Assembly (NCBI GenBank): GCA_030648155.1
Contig: JAUSIK010000008.1
Location: 274,491-338,490 of the forward strand
Length of the DNA: 64,000 bases
Source of the DNA: Nanobdellota archaeon
GTDB lineage: Archaea; Nanobdellota; Nanobdellia; Pacearchaeales; GW2011-AR1
Direction of reading: 5' to 3'
Numbering within the stretch: position 1 is the stretch's first letter; each line of letters starts with the position of its first letter. Below the pieces are notes generated by a model. The model saw only the letters and a program-made list of their open reading frames with translations, was not told where the DNA came from and did no database searches. A program made the translations under genes and the position numbers. Positions 46,915 through 57,489 of the stretch are shown here, piece after piece.

Positions 46915-47316
46915 GTGTGTACTAAAAATAAAATGGAAAAAAGAGGCATTAATAGCTATCCTGCTAATTCACATGTTAGAACAATAGGGCAAAAATCTGC
47001 AGATATCCTTACAACATATATGGGCTCCTGGTACTTTATTATATTATTTTTATTATTCCTTCTAGCCTGGATTTCAGTAAACAGTATATGGTTAATTTTT
47101 GGAGAAGTATGGGATCAAAAACCGTTCATTATGCTGAATCTTATCTTATCCTGTCTAGCAGCCTTGCAAGCCCCAATAATCCTCATGTCCCAAAACAGGC
47201 AATCCCAATTAGATAGAATTCGAACAGAATATGATTATGCAGTTAATAGAAAAGCAGAAAAAGAAATTGAAGAAATTAAAAAGCAATTAGATAAAATAGA
47301 AAAAAAATTGAAATAA
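46915..47316 (+). CDS. DUF1003 membrane protein
   Basis: ADILTTYMGSWYF...PFIMLNLILSCLAALQAPIILMSQNRQ. Confidence 0.88.
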   Translation: MCTKNKMEKRGINSYPANSHVRTIGQKSADILTTYMGSWYFIILFLLFLLAWISVNSIWLIFGEVWDQKPFIMLNLILSCLAALQAPIILMSQNRQSQLDRIRTEYDYAVNRKAEKEIEEIKKQLDKIEKKLK

Positions 47317-47480
47317 TTGTTAAAAGTCCAACTCATTTCTTAATCCTTCCCTAACCTTTTTTCTTACCCTTTGAAACTAAAAATCAATATCCTTTTAGCA
47401 TTTCATTCAAAACCCATTGTAAATCTGTTTGGTATAACATTGTAGTCTTGTAATTTCTTTTTAATAGGCTAAATATATAA

Positions 47481-48764
47481 TCAAATTATATTAGTAATTA
47501 ATCTATCATTCAATTCACCAGAAAAATTCTCAAGCATCTTTTCTTTTGCCTTCCCAATCCATCCCCTATGTCCTAGAACAAAACCCAATTTAACAAATGC
47601 AGTTTCAGTAAGCATATCCTCCAAAAAAATGACTCCAGCATCCATCAGTTCCCTCCCATTGCTGTAAACAAATGGATCCAATCTCCCATTAATTGTTTGA
47701 GCAGTAACACAAACCACAAATCCATTTTTGATGTGTCTTTTTAAATTAGGAAGCCAATTGATTCCAGATTCACTTACAGGCAAATGTCCTAATCCGGAAG
47801 CCTCAACTATAATACCCTTATACTTTAAGGCATAAAAATCTAGAATGGAAGGATCCTGTCCAGGGTAAAATTTCACTAGCCCTATTTTATCATTAAAGTT
47901 AATATCAAGTTCAGTTTTTCTTTTATTATCTCTTACTCTATACTTTCTTAAAAATTCCACCTTACCAGGAAAAACTTTTGCAATAGGCAAATCATTAATA
48001 ACTTTAAAGGCATCTCTTTTTGAAGTATGCATTTTTCTAGTTTTGGTGCCAGGCATTGCATAACAAAAATCATCATTAATAGTTGCATGCCCTACAATCA
48101 TAACCTCTGCACAATCACTTAAAGCCATTTCAGCCGCACACTGTAAATTCAAATTTGCATCGCTGGATGCCCTGTCAATACTTCTCTGGCTGTAAGTTAA
48201 TACAACGGGCTTATTCAAATCTCTTAAAAAGAAAGATAGTGCAGCCCCCGTATATCCTAAAAAATCAGTTCCATGAGTTACAATTACACCTTCAATCTCA
48301 TTATCATCAAGTATCTTTTTCACGCATTCAGCAATTTTTATCCAATGCTCGCTTGTCATTGATTCAGAAGCAATCATAAATGGTACATCTATTTTCTTTA
48401 TGTTTGCAATATCCATTATTTCAGGATAAAATTTAATGAACTCATTAACATTAGTAAGCCACTTTACTCCTCCTGTCTGAGGATCTAATTTAGAAGCAAT
48501 AGTCCCTCCAGTTATTACTAATCCAATATTTTTTAGTCCGTCTTTTCTTTTTAATTCAATCTTTTCTTCTTCCTTATCTTCCTTAAATCTTTTTATAACT
48601 TTTCCAGCTAAGATATTATCTCTCATGATGCCTATGTTATATCCGCTATCAAGTTTAAGCAATAAAATATCTCTTTCCCCACTCTCCAAAACCCTCCCTC
48701 GAAGTTCATCCTTAGCCAATCTTATTTCTACTTCATCGCCAGGATTAAAATTTAATATAGCCAT
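47481..48764 (-). CDS. gatD: Glu-tRNA(Gln) amidotransferase subunit D
   Basis: KLDSGYNIG N-domain, TGGTIASK, THGTD, SQRSIDR, RKMHTSKRDAF. Confidence 0.94.
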   Translation of the reverse strand: MAILNFNPGDEVEIRLAKDELRGRVLESGERDILLLKLDSGYNIGIMRDNILAGKVIKRFKEDKEEEKIELKRKDGLKNIGLVITGGTIASKLDPQTGGVKWLTNVNEFIKFYPEIMDIANIKKIDVPFMIASESMTSEHWIKIAECVKKILDDNEIEGVIVTHGTDFLGYTGAALSFFLRDLNKPVVLTYSQRSIDRASSDANLNLQCAAEMALSDCAEVMIVGHATINDDFCYAMPGTKTRKMHTSKRDAFKVINDLPIAKVFPGKVEFLRKYRVRDNKRKTELDINFNDKIGLVKFYPGQDPSILDFYALKYKGIIVEASGLGHLPVSESGINWLPNLKRHIKNGFVVCVTAQTINGRLDPFVYSNGRELMDAGVIFLEDMLTETAFVKLGFVLGHRGWIGKAKEKMLENFSGELNDRLITNII

Positions 48765-48867
48765 AAAACTCTAAATTCTAATACTTATAAAAACCTTGCT
48801 AATTAACACACTAAGTTAATCTGAATAAAACTATAGGGTATAAATGATCCCTATTATTTTTTATATT

Positions 48868-49578
48868 TTAAGAGAAGTTATCTTTTAATAGAATATTTAA
48901 TGTTTCTTTAACAAAAGGATAAGGGGCTTTAGGTATTTTACCTACTATTGATTCTGCCTGCCTTTCTAAGCTGGTTGAATCAATATATTTAAAATCCACA
49001 GTCTTATAACCACAAGCAGGACATGACTGATAACCGTATTCATAATTATCAACATAAGTAATTCCAGATCCAGAACATTCTTTGCAGACTTCTTCATTAG
49101 CATGAAGTTCGCTATTTAGTTTAGTATACAGTTCATTATAAACTCGCCCATAATTAACGTACCATTCTTTTACTTCGGGACTCTCCGACCACTCTTTATT
49201 TTTACGAACTTTTTCTATATCATAATCTGGATTTTCTTTATGTCCTACTGATAATCCCTCTGGATGGAAAAAGAAATCATAATTAATACAAAAAAGTTCA
49301 AGATTTAATTTATTAGTATCAGATTTTCTAGCCATCAAATCTTTTAAGCATTTAACTACCCTCATATCACAATCATGAACATAGTGCTTCCATTGATTTC
49401 TAATAATTGAGTCAAAAGGCCAGCTATAAATGCAAATTTCTTTTATAGGGGCATGAAGAATATTATCTTTTTTAGATCGTTTAAAATATTCTAAACTTGG
49501 ATTACCTCCGTAATCTCTTACCTTTTCCTCAATTTCTCTAATAACTTCATTATATAATCTATTTTTAAATTCCGACAT
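48868..49578 (-). CDS. Hypothetical protein with a C-terminal zinc ribbon
   Basis: CKECSGSG...CPACG. Confidence 0.55.
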   Translation of the reverse strand: MSEFKNRLYNEVIREIEEKVRDYGGNPSLEYFKRSKKDNILHAPIKEICIYSWPFDSIIRNQWKHYVHDCDMRVVKCLKDLMARKSDTNKLNLELFCINYDFFFHPEGLSVGHKENPDYDIEKVRKNKEWSESPEVKEWYVNYGRVYNELYTKLNSELHANEEVCKECSGSGITYVDNYEYGYQSCPACGYKTVDFKYIDSTSLERQAESIVGKIPKAPYPFVKETLNILLKDNFS

Positions 49579-49615
49579 ACTATAACAATTAATAGTGTAT
49601 ACTATTTAATAATTA

Positions 49616-51076
49616 TCAATAGCTCTTCGCCACATAACCCACTGTCTTAACATTCTCACCAGATATAATACATTTCCCCTCTTTAGAAACTACTTCTATT
49701 ATTCTAGATGTAGCTCCGCCAGTCTTATCTTTTAATTCAGCTTCTACCTCTTTATTATTAGCCATATATACTTTTACCACCTTCCCCTCTTTCAATTTCT
49801 TCTCTAATTCTTTGAAAGTTTTAGCCTCGTCTATTCTTGAATGCAAAAACTTTTCAGCTTTTTTATACATTTCACCCTGCATTTCTTCAAGTATCTCTTT
49901 TACTCTCTCTACAACCTTCCCCTCACTAATTTGTTCTTTTTTCCCATTATCTCTCCTTACAACAGTAACTTGTTTTTTATCCATATCCTTAGGTCCAATT
50001 TCAATTCGCAAAGGAATCCCTTTCAATTCCCATTCATTGAATTTCCATCCAGGAGAATATCCTTCTCTTTCATCAAGTAAAGCGCCAATACCTTCTAATT
50101 TTTTAGCAATCTCTGCACATTTCTTTAAAACTTTAGTCTTAGAATCCTCAAATAAAATAGGTACAATAACTGCTTTATTTTCTGCAATTCTAGGAGGCAG
50201 TATTAAGCCTTTATCATCGCCATGAACCATAATTAAAGCCCCAATTAGTCTAGTTGAAAAACCCCAAGAAGTCTGGTAGGCATAGTGTTCTTTTTCATCC
50301 TTATCTTTAAACATCACATTAAATGCCTTTGCAAAATTATCTGCAAGATTATGTGATGTACCGCATTGCAATGCTTTTCCATCAGGCATTATAGCCTCAA
50401 TAGTCATAGTTGTCCTGGCTCCAGGAAATTTTTCCATTTCCGATTTTTTTCCTCTAATTATAGGTATTGCAAGCACTTCTTCTAGTAGTCTCTGATACTC
50501 TCCAATAATATCTTCCATGTTTTCTATTGCACCTTCTTCATCAGAAAAAACACAATGTCCCTCTTGCCATAAAAATTCTCTGGTCCTAATAAAGGGTTTA
50601 GTCTGTTTTACTTCCCATCTAATTACATTCGCCCACTGATTAATCTTCAAAGGCAAATCTCTCCAGCTCCTCACCCATTTAGAATAAGCATCATACATAA
50701 TAGTTTCAGAAGTAGGTCGTAAAGCTAATTTTTCCCCATCCTCACTTCCTTGTACATATGCCAACTCCGGAGCAAATCCTTCTGCATGTTGAGCCTCTCT
50801 CTTAAAAAATGAATCGGGTATCAATAAAGGAAAATAAGCATTTTTGACACCTTTATCTTTTAAGACTTTATTAAAATAATCCTGAATTCCTTGCCAAATA
50901 GAGTAAGCATGTGGTCTAATAATCATAAACCCTCTAATAGGAGAATAATCTGCCATCCCTCCCTTTTGAACAACCTCGCTGTACCAATCAGATAAGTTTT
51001 CCGCTTTCTTGGTAATTATTCCCTCTGATTTATGCTTTTCATTTCCCCCTTCTTTCTTTTCCTTTCCCATTCCCAA
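49616..51076 (-). CDS. proS: Proline-tRNA ligase (archaeal/eukaryal type)
   Basis: LRPTSET, QWANVIRWE, RTREFLWQEGH, QTSWGFSTR, C-terminal AKSY. Confidence 0.96.
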   Translation of the reverse strand: MGMGKEKKEGGNEKHKSEGIITKKAENLSDWYSEVVQKGGMADYSPIRGFMIIRPHAYSIWQGIQDYFNKVLKDKGVKNAYFPLLIPDSFFKREAQHAEGFAPELAYVQGSEDGEKLALRPTSETIMYDAYSKWVRSWRDLPLKINQWANVIRWEVKQTKPFIRTREFLWQEGHCVFSDEEGAIENMEDIIGEYQRLLEEVLAIPIIRGKKSEMEKFPGARTTMTIEAIMPDGKALQCGTSHNLADNFAKAFNVMFKDKDEKEHYAYQTSWGFSTRLIGALIMVHGDDKGLILPPRIAENKAVIVPILFEDSKTKVLKKCAEIAKKLEGIGALLDEREGYSPGWKFNEWELKGIPLRIEIGPKDMDKKQVTVVRRDNGKKEQISEGKVVERVKEILEEMQGEMYKKAEKFLHSRIDEAKTFKELEKKLKEGKVVKVYMANNKEVEAELKDKTGGATSRIIEVVSKEGKCIISGENVKTVGYVAKSY

Positions 51077-51145
51077 TACAATAACTCCTATTTCTTAAAT
51101 CTTATCATTCACAAATTTTATATATTAATTCATACACTTTTTCCA

Positions 51146-51766
51146 ATGTCTCAACCTTACACTAAAAAACGAAAAGATCCTTATTCAATAAAATATGCCA
51201 AAACTCCTCTTCAAACAATTTATTCTGAAAAATATAGTATATTAGTAACAATTGAGAATAATTCGCAAGAATCATCTAGTCTTGAATCCATTGTTAAAAA
51301 AGTTGAAAATGAAATAGAGAAAATAGATGGCAAAAAAATAATATCCTTAGTTGATCATCTTAAAAATATAAAACCAAAAGAAAACAAAATAGAAGACTAC
51401 CACCCAGAAAAAGATAAGGAAAATAAAATCTACTATCCTATCTTCAAAAAAAATCAGTTAGATGAAGGTCTATCAAGAGAAATTCAATCAACAGCGATAG
51501 ACCCTAAAAGTGGAGCAAAAGTAATCTATGTACCTCAATCCTCTCTTCCTTCAAACGTCCTAGGAATGTATGTCCCTTCTTCTCATACGATTTATATCTC
51601 AAGGGATCTCCCCGAATATAAAAGGCAGTTTGTTTATCATCATGAAGTTGCACATGCTCTAGGCATAAGAAATGAAGTTCAAGCAGATAATTATGCTGCG
51701 TCAGTTGTAGGATATCATCTTAGAAGCCCTAGTCAAGCAATGGTCTCGCAAGCACGAGCTGCTTAA
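51146..51766 (+). CDS. ImmA/IrrE-like zinc metallopeptidase domain protein (probable start 51146)
   Basis: LGMY...IYISRDLP...QFVYHHEVAHALG..NEVQADNYA. Confidence 0.65.
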   Translation: MSQPYTKKRKDPYSIKYAKTPLQTIYSEKYSILVTIENNSQESSSLESIVKKVENEIEKIDGKKIISLVDHLKNIKPKENKIEDYHPEKDKENKIYYPIFKKNQLDEGLSREIQSTAIDPKSGAKVIYVPQSSLPSNVLGMYVPSSHTIYISRDLPEYKRQFVYHHEVAHALGIRNEVQADNYAASVVGYHLRSPSQAMVSQARAA

Positions 51767-51808
51767 ATTCTATAAACAATTATATAAATAAAGATCCCTC
51801 ATAAACCT

Positions 51809-52240
51809 ATGGTCTATGAACTCAATCCTTTAGATTTCAATCCAGTATTAGAAGTGACAGGCTGTATAATAGAATCAAAAGGAAAGATAATTTTAGTTAA
51901 AAGAAAAGATTCTAAAGTGGGGGGTGGAAAATGGGGAATACCTTCCGGAAAAGTAGAGAAAAAAGAAAATTTATTAGATTCTATTCAAAGAGAAATAAAA
52001 GAAGAAACAGGAATCGAGGTAAATAAAAAAGAAATAAATTTCATTCATACCTATAAGGTAAGACGTAATGGAGAATATGATTTTATTTATCATCTATTCT
52101 ATACTAAAATGGCTAATATGAAAAAAATTTTATTGAATAAGGAAGAACATCTAAAAGCTATTTGGATATCTCCCGCTAAAGCGTTAAAACTTCCTCTAGT
52201 AGAAGGGACAGACAAATTCCTAAAAAACATTTATGGATAA
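51809..52240 (+). CDS. NUDIX hydrolase
   Basis: Nudix box GKVEKKENLLDSIQREIKEETGI. Confidence 0.9.
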   Translation: MVYELNPLDFNPVLEVTGCIIESKGKIILVKRKDSKVGGGKWGIPSGKVEKKENLLDSIQREIKEETGIEVNKKEINFIHTYKVRRNGEYDFIYHLFYTKMANMKKILLNKEEHLKAIWISPAKALKLPLVEGTDKFLKNIYG

Positions 52241-52298
52241 AAATACTATAGTAAACTCCTAAAACAAATTATATTATTAATTCCCTAAATTTCTCAAA

Positions 52299-52574
52299 CT
52301 ACCCTTGAAGTAATTGATGTATCAAGGGGGGAGAATATATATGTATAAAGAAAAAAACTATTGTCCAAACTAATGTACCAAGAGCTGCCAGTGTAATTCG
52401 CAGAGAACGAACCTCAATAAATCCACTAAGAGCGACTATTATTGAAATTACCACAAGTAAAATATCAAGAGGTGAAACAAGAATGAAAAAGGGGTTTGCA
52501 ACAACAAGAGTCACCAAGCCAACCTCTATAATTAGCAAAACAATTCCTAAAATAAAAAAACTTTTATGAAACAT
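52299..52574 (-). CDS. Small three-TM membrane protein
   Basis: 91 aa, almost entirely hydrophobic. Confidence 0.5.
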   Translation of the reverse strand: MFHKSFFILGIVLLIIEVGLVTLVVANPFFILVSPLDILLVVISIIVALSGFIEVRSLRITLAALGTLVWTIVFFFIHIYSPPLIHQLLQG

Positions 52575-52605
52575 AAATAATTGTATATTATATACTTAAT
52601 AAATA

Positions 52606-52700
52606 CAGGCCTAGGAGGAATCGAACCCCCGTCAATCGGTTTCTTCTTTATATAAATCAAGTTCCGAAGCCGACTATTCTATCCACTGAACTATAGGCCT
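52606..52700 (-). tRNA. tRNA-Arg(UCG) with a 23-nt BHB-type intron at 37/38 (52641-52663)
   Basis: Acceptor AGGCCTA/TAGGCCT, G73; loop CT-TCG-G|A; C32-C35 (CTTC) pairs with intron GAAG flanked by 3-nt bulges; T arm GGGGG-TTCGATT-CCTCC. Confidence 0.92.
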
Positions 52701-52752
52701 ATGAAAAGAGTTAAATAATTATCCTATTTAACCTTATTGAAAAGAGGATATT

Positions 52753-53886
52753 ATGGCAGGAACATTTAGAGCAATTTCTATAATAATGGGCACAATAATA
52801 GGTGCAGGTATTTTTGCAATCCCCTATGTAATTATGAAAGTAGGCCTAACTATAGGTCTAATCCAAATCCTTTTAATCGCACTAATTATGTCAACAACAT
52901 TTCTATATTTAGGGGAAATAGCATTAAGAACAAAAGCGGATCATCAATTGCCTGGTTATGCCGAAAAATATCTTGGAAAAAAAGGCAAAGTGCTCATGTT
53001 CATTTCCCTTTTATACGGGATAAATACTGCAATATTAGCTTATTTAATAGGAGTTGGAAATTCATTTAGCGTCTTAATATTCAATAATCAAGATTATGTT
53101 TTGCATTTTGGTTTTATATTCTGGATATTCATGTCCATTCTATCCTATATTGGGTTAAAAGCCCTCAAAGAAGGAGAATTCATTGGAGTATCAACTGCAA
53201 TAATTTTTATTTTATCATTAGCCGCTTTCTCTCTAGATAAAATAAATACAAATAATATTTTTCTTCATAATTCACCAAATATCCTAAGCTATTTCGCGCC
53301 TTTCGGAGTAATTTTATTTGCATTCTTAGGCTATTCCATTGTTCCTGAAATAAAAAGGGTTCTTAAAAACAATAAAAATAAAATGAAAAGAACCATATTG
53401 ATTGCAATATCTAGTTGTGCAATCATATACATTATCTTTTCATTAATTGTTGTGGGAACAGAAGGCCAAAATACTCCAAAAATAGCAACCATAGCACTAG
53501 GAAAACCATTCATCTTTCTAGGCATAATAACTATGTTTAATGCCTACTTCGCTCTATCTGTCGCATTAATCGATATTTTTCAGCTTGATTTTAAGTTATC
53601 TAAAATTAAGTCATGGCTTATAACAGCAATAATACCTATGTCAATTTTCACAATATTATCCTTAACAAATAATGCTGACTTCACTAAAATATTGGGCCTT
53701 GGTGGAATAATTTCAGGTACACTAAGTTCAATTTTAATTTTATCTATGATTGATAAAGCCAAAATTCTCGGAGATAGGCATCCAGAATATTCCATGCCAA
53801 CCTCAAGAATTGTAAAGTATCTCTTAATTTCGATATTTATTCTAGGTGCAATAACTGGATTAATTAATTTTTTCTCCTCTTTATAA
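52753..53886 (+). CDS. Aromatic amino acid/HAAAP-family permease
   Basis: GTIIGAGIFAIP, FAFLGYSIVPEI; about 11 TMs. Confidence 0.85.
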   Translation: MAGTFRAISIIMGTIIGAGIFAIPYVIMKVGLTIGLIQILLIALIMSTTFLYLGEIALRTKADHQLPGYAEKYLGKKGKVLMFISLLYGINTAILAYLIGVGNSFSVLIFNNQDYVLHFGFIFWIFMSILSYIGLKALKEGEFIGVSTAIIFILSLAAFSLDKINTNNIFLHNSPNILSYFAPFGVILFAFLGYSIVPEIKRVLKNNKNKMKRTILIAISSCAIIYIIFSLIVVGTEGQNTPKIATIALGKPFIFLGIITMFNAYFALSVALIDIFQLDFKLSKIKSWLITAIIPMSIFTILSLTNNADFTKILGLGGIISGTLSSILILSMIDKAKILGDRHPEYSMPTSRIVKYLLISIFILGAITGLINFFSSL

Positions 53887-54118
53887 TTTGCCTTCCAGAT
53901 TCAAATATTACTATTAATACTGCAATCAAGCCGGCTAATATAGCTGAAATAAAAATTCCCCCTTCCTGTCCAGAAGGCGGTGAAGTCAAAATATCTCCAA
54001 CACTGCTTTCTATTCCTTCCTCTAATGAAAGAAAAACAAGTTTAAACAAGCTAAATAAAGAAAAAAATAATCCTCCTAAAATTCCTACTACAAAAAGTAC
54101 AGCGAAAAATGCTTTCAT
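53864..54118 (-). CDS. Small two-TM membrane protein
   Basis: 84 aa; overlaps the gatB stop by 4 nt. Confidence 0.5.
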   Translation of the reverse strand: MKAFFAVLFVVGILGGLFFSLFSLFKLVFLSLEEGIESSVGDILTSPPSGQEGGIFISAILAGLIAVLIVIFESGRQIIKRRKN

Positions 54119-55509
54119 GTTAACAAATTTCTTAATACCTCTCTAGCAATATTAAAATCAGCCCTTCTATTTGTTTTCTTCATAATCTCCCCCATTAAAT
54201 AATTAAATGCCTTTTCTTCTCCGTTCTTGTAATCCTCGGCTACTTTTTTATTATCTTTAATTGTTTCCTTTGCATATTTTTCTAATACTTTCCTATCTGA
54301 AATCTTTCCCTCTTTTTCAATTTTATTTTTAATTGAAAAACTCTTAGGATAAAATTCATTTAAAATTTGCTTCCCTTTTAACACGCTTAATTTCCCATTT
54401 TTAACATTCTCTAAAAGTTCAATAAAATGTTCAGGCTTTATATCTGCTCTATCAAGGCTAATCTTATTATAATTTAAAAATCTTAATAATTCTACAGTAA
54501 TCCATGGCAATGCAAAATTCGCATCTACTTTCATAGCAACTCTTTCAAAAAATTCAGCGATATCAAAATTTTTAGCCAAAACTTCAGCATCCTTCCCTCC
54601 TATTTTATATTGCTTTATTAATTTCTCTAGTTTTTTATGGGGGCTTTCAGGCAATTTACTTTTTAATTCTTCAATCATATTTTCATCTAAAATAATATCG
54701 ACTAAATCAGGATCAGATATAAACCTGTAATCATCAGCCTCTTCCTTTCCTCTCATTCTATATGTTTTACCTTTAGCCTCGTCAAATCTCCTAGTTTCAC
54801 GCTGACTCCCCTCTTCTGCTTGTCTCTCTAGTTCATAATTTATGGCCTTTTGAATATTTTCAATAGAGTTTAAATTTTTCAGTTCAACTCTTTCGGTCTT
54901 CCCCTTAATATTTACATTAACATCGACCTTAATTCCTGCATTCGTATCCACAGATTTTAAATAAAATAAATTATGAAGTAATATCTTTAGCCATTGGGCA
55001 ACCTCATCAGCAGTTGTAAAATCAGGAGCAGTAACGATTTCCACTAAAGGCAGCCCTGATCTATTATAATCAACCCTGCCTGTTCCAGGATCCCACGAAG
55101 CAGGATCTTCCTCTAAATGCATACTCCATATTCCAATTCCTTCAAATTCCCCATTAACACCCAAACCAATAATATTGCTTCCTGAAATTGTATTCTGGTA
55201 TCCCTTAGGTAAATCGGGCCAATCATAGTGCTTTCTCTGCCATGCGAGTTCCTTATTTATTTTGCATCCAAGCATTAATCCTATTCTAATTGCTTGTTTA
55301 ACCGCTTCCCCATTTGGCAATAGTGGTTTGGCTCCAGGCTGTCCTGTGCACGTTGGACAAATATTTACATTCGCCTTTAAGCCTTTTTCTCTAGAAGCGA
55401 TGCATTTGCAGAATAACTTCTCCTTTGTAACAAGATAAGTGTGTATCTCCAGTCCTATCATTCCCTTTAGACCTTTTTTAACCTCAACCAAAACTTGTGC
55501 TTTTGACAT
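54115..55509 (-). CDS. gatB: Asp/Glu-tRNA amidotransferase subunit B
   Basis: IGLEIH, CPTCTGQPG, RKHYDWPDLPKGYQ, HLEEDP, DYNRSGLPLVEIVT, DYRFISDPDL. Confidence 0.95.
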   Translation of the reverse strand: MSKAQVLVEVKKGLKGMIGLEIHTYLVTKEKLFCKCIASREKGLKANVNICPTCTGQPGAKPLLPNGEAVKQAIRIGLMLGCKINKELAWQRKHYDWPDLPKGYQNTISGSNIIGLGVNGEFEGIGIWSMHLEEDPASWDPGTGRVDYNRSGLPLVEIVTAPDFTTADEVAQWLKILLHNLFYLKSVDTNAGIKVDVNVNIKGKTERVELKNLNSIENIQKAINYELERQAEEGSQRETRRFDEAKGKTYRMRGKEEADDYRFISDPDLVDIILDENMIEELKSKLPESPHKKLEKLIKQYKIGGKDAEVLAKNFDIAEFFERVAMKVDANFALPWITVELLRFLNYNKISLDRADIKPEHFIELLENVKNGKLSVLKGKQILNEFYPKSFSIKNKIEKEGKISDRKVLEKYAKETIKDNKKVAEDYKNGEEKAFNYLMGEIMKKTNRRADFNIAREVLRNLLT

Positions 55510-55809
55510 AACAAATTAACAAAATGCAATTATAAAAAACTTCCTAATCATATTATCAAGTTAAAAATTTCCATATTCCCCTAAGGCTGGCATAAATAAA
55601 TATTGATCCCAAAAACTAAGTTTTTATTCATCATTTCTAATATAGTAAATCCAATTAATACAAAATTATAATTCAGATGAGGTTTCCATCCTACTCCCCA
55701 AAACACGTACATTTAAATACCCTAAAAAACCCTTAATTGTATAGAATATTGCGTATAGAAATAGCGGCTCAAAAAAGCCAATCTATTTCTCAGTAAAATT
55801 CATAATAAA

Positions 55810-57177
55810 ATGGAAAACTTCAAAAAGTTAGGCCTAAGTGAAAATATCTTAAAGGCCATTAAAGAAGCGAAATTTGAAAATCCTAGTGAGATCCAGGAAA
55901 AAGCAATACCGTTAGTCTTGCAAGGAAAAGACGTTATAGGAAAAAGCGCGACAGGATCAGGAAAAACTCTTGCATTTGGTTCAGTAATAATAGAAAAAGT
56001 AAAAAAAGGAAAAGGTGTTCAAGCATTAATTCTAGCCCCAACCAGAGAATTAGCAGAACAAGTCTCTCAAACTCTTAAAAGATTTGCCAGATATTCAGAT
56101 ATTGCAATCCAAGAAGTCTACGGTGGAGTCTCAATGAGCAATCAAGTAGAAAGAATAAAAAAATCAGAAGTAATTGTAGGCACCCCTGGTAGAGTATTAG
56201 ATCATCTTCAAAAAAGGTCACTAAATCTCCAGCATCTTAATATATTAGTTTTAGACGAAGCAGATAGAATGTCTGATATGGGTTTCCTTCCAGATGTTGA
56301 AAAAATAATTAAAATGTGCCCTCAAAAACGCCAAACACTTCTTTTTTCAGCCACTATTTCATCAGACGTGAATTATATTGCTGAAAAATATATGACGCAT
56401 CCTGAATATATTTCAGTAAAATCTTATATAGAACCTGAAAAATTAAAACAGTCTTATTACGATGTTTCCCCTCACTCAAAATTTTCCCTGTTAGTTCATC
56501 TTCTTAAAGATGATAAATCCGAATTAGTTATGGTATTCTGTAATACAAGGAGAACTGCAGATCTTATCGCAAGAAACTTGCAAAAAATAGGATTAAAAGC
56601 AACAGCTATTCACGGCGGAAGAACACAAAGCAAGAGAAATAGTATAATGGAGCAATTCCATAGAGGAGAAATTCATATTTTAGTCTGCACAGATGTCGCT
56701 GCCCGTGGTCTAGATATAAAAAATGTTTCACATGTTTATAATTATGATATTTCAGGAAGCAGTAATGACTACATTCATAGAATAGGCAGAACAGCAAGAG
56801 CAGGTTCAGAAGGCGAAGCAATAAGTTTAGTTACAAATAGAGACTATCAAGATTTCAACAGAATAATATCAGACCGTTCACTCCCAATAGTTGCTAAAGA
56901 GCTTCCTAATTTTGAAGAGGTTAAGTTACAGCTTCCAGAAAGAAGTGGTTTTAGAGGAGGTCAAAGAGGATTTGATAGAGGAAGAAGAAGTTTTGGAAGT
57001 CGTAGAGACGATAGAAGAAGTTTTGGAGGCAGAGATTCTGGAGGTAGAGGCAATCGTGATACTAGAGGAAGCAAATTCGGAAGAAGAGACAGAAGTGAAG
57101 GTAGTAGTGATAGAAGAGAAAGACCTCAAGAAAGAAAATTCAGTTCAAGACAAAGATCCTTTCCTAGAAGATATTAA
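55810..57177 (+). CDS. DEAD-box RNA helicase with RG/RD-rich tail
   Basis: Q motif, TGSGKT, PTRELA, LDEAD, SAT, HRIGRTARAG. Confidence 0.96.
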   Translation: MENFKKLGLSENILKAIKEAKFENPSEIQEKAIPLVLQGKDVIGKSATGSGKTLAFGSVIIEKVKKGKGVQALILAPTRELAEQVSQTLKRFARYSDIAIQEVYGGVSMSNQVERIKKSEVIVGTPGRVLDHLQKRSLNLQHLNILVLDEADRMSDMGFLPDVEKIIKMCPQKRQTLLFSATISSDVNYIAEKYMTHPEYISVKSYIEPEKLKQSYYDVSPHSKFSLLVHLLKDDKSELVMVFCNTRRTADLIARNLQKIGLKATAIHGGRTQSKRNSIMEQFHRGEIHILVCTDVAARGLDIKNVSHVYNYDISGSSNDYIHRIGRTARAGSEGEAISLVTNRDYQDFNRIISDRSLPIVAKELPNFEEVKLQLPERSGFRGGQRGFDRGRRSFGSRRDDRRSFGGRDSGGRGNRDTRGSKFGRRDRSEGSSDRRERPQERKFSSRQRSFPRRY

Positions 57178-57284
57178 TTCTTCGATAAACTAGAATATCA
57201 AAAGAATATAAATAGGATATTTTTTATCTTGATTCTCATTTAATAAATAGATACATATAAAAGAAAACAAACATTATATTATAA

Positions 57285-57461
57285 ATGAGCAAAGTCTCAA
57301 ATATAATAGGAATAATTAGTTCAATTATTATTATATTAATTATTAGTTTAATTTATTTCTTTATTGGAGAATATGCCTTCCATCCCCTATTAATATTATT
57401 AGCTATAATAGGATTCATTTACCTTATATTTTCAATAATAAAATTAAGAAAAGATAATTAG
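57285..57461 (+). CDS. Small two-TM membrane protein (58 codons, not in ORF track)
   Basis: MSKVSNIIGIISSII... to ...IIGFIYLIFSIIKLRKDN*; TATA-like sequence upstream. Confidence 0.45.
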   Translation: MSKVSNIIGIISSIIIILIISLIYFFIGEYAFHPLLILLAIIGFIYLIFSIIKLRKDN

Positions 57462-57489
57462 TAAAAAAGCAACTAATATAAAAAACCAA

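Noticed and set aside
55561-55689. Minus-strand frame METSSEL*FCINWIYYIRNDE*KLSFWDQYLFMPALGEYGNF* as a pseudogene or stop-codon readthrough
   Set aside because: No recognisable homology, and all confident genes end normally at TAA/TAG/TGA, so there is no support for recoding.
56891-57193. Glu/Val-rich 100-aa ORF and its antisense partner
   Set aside because: Alternative frames of the purine-rich RG/RD tail of the DEAD-box helicase.
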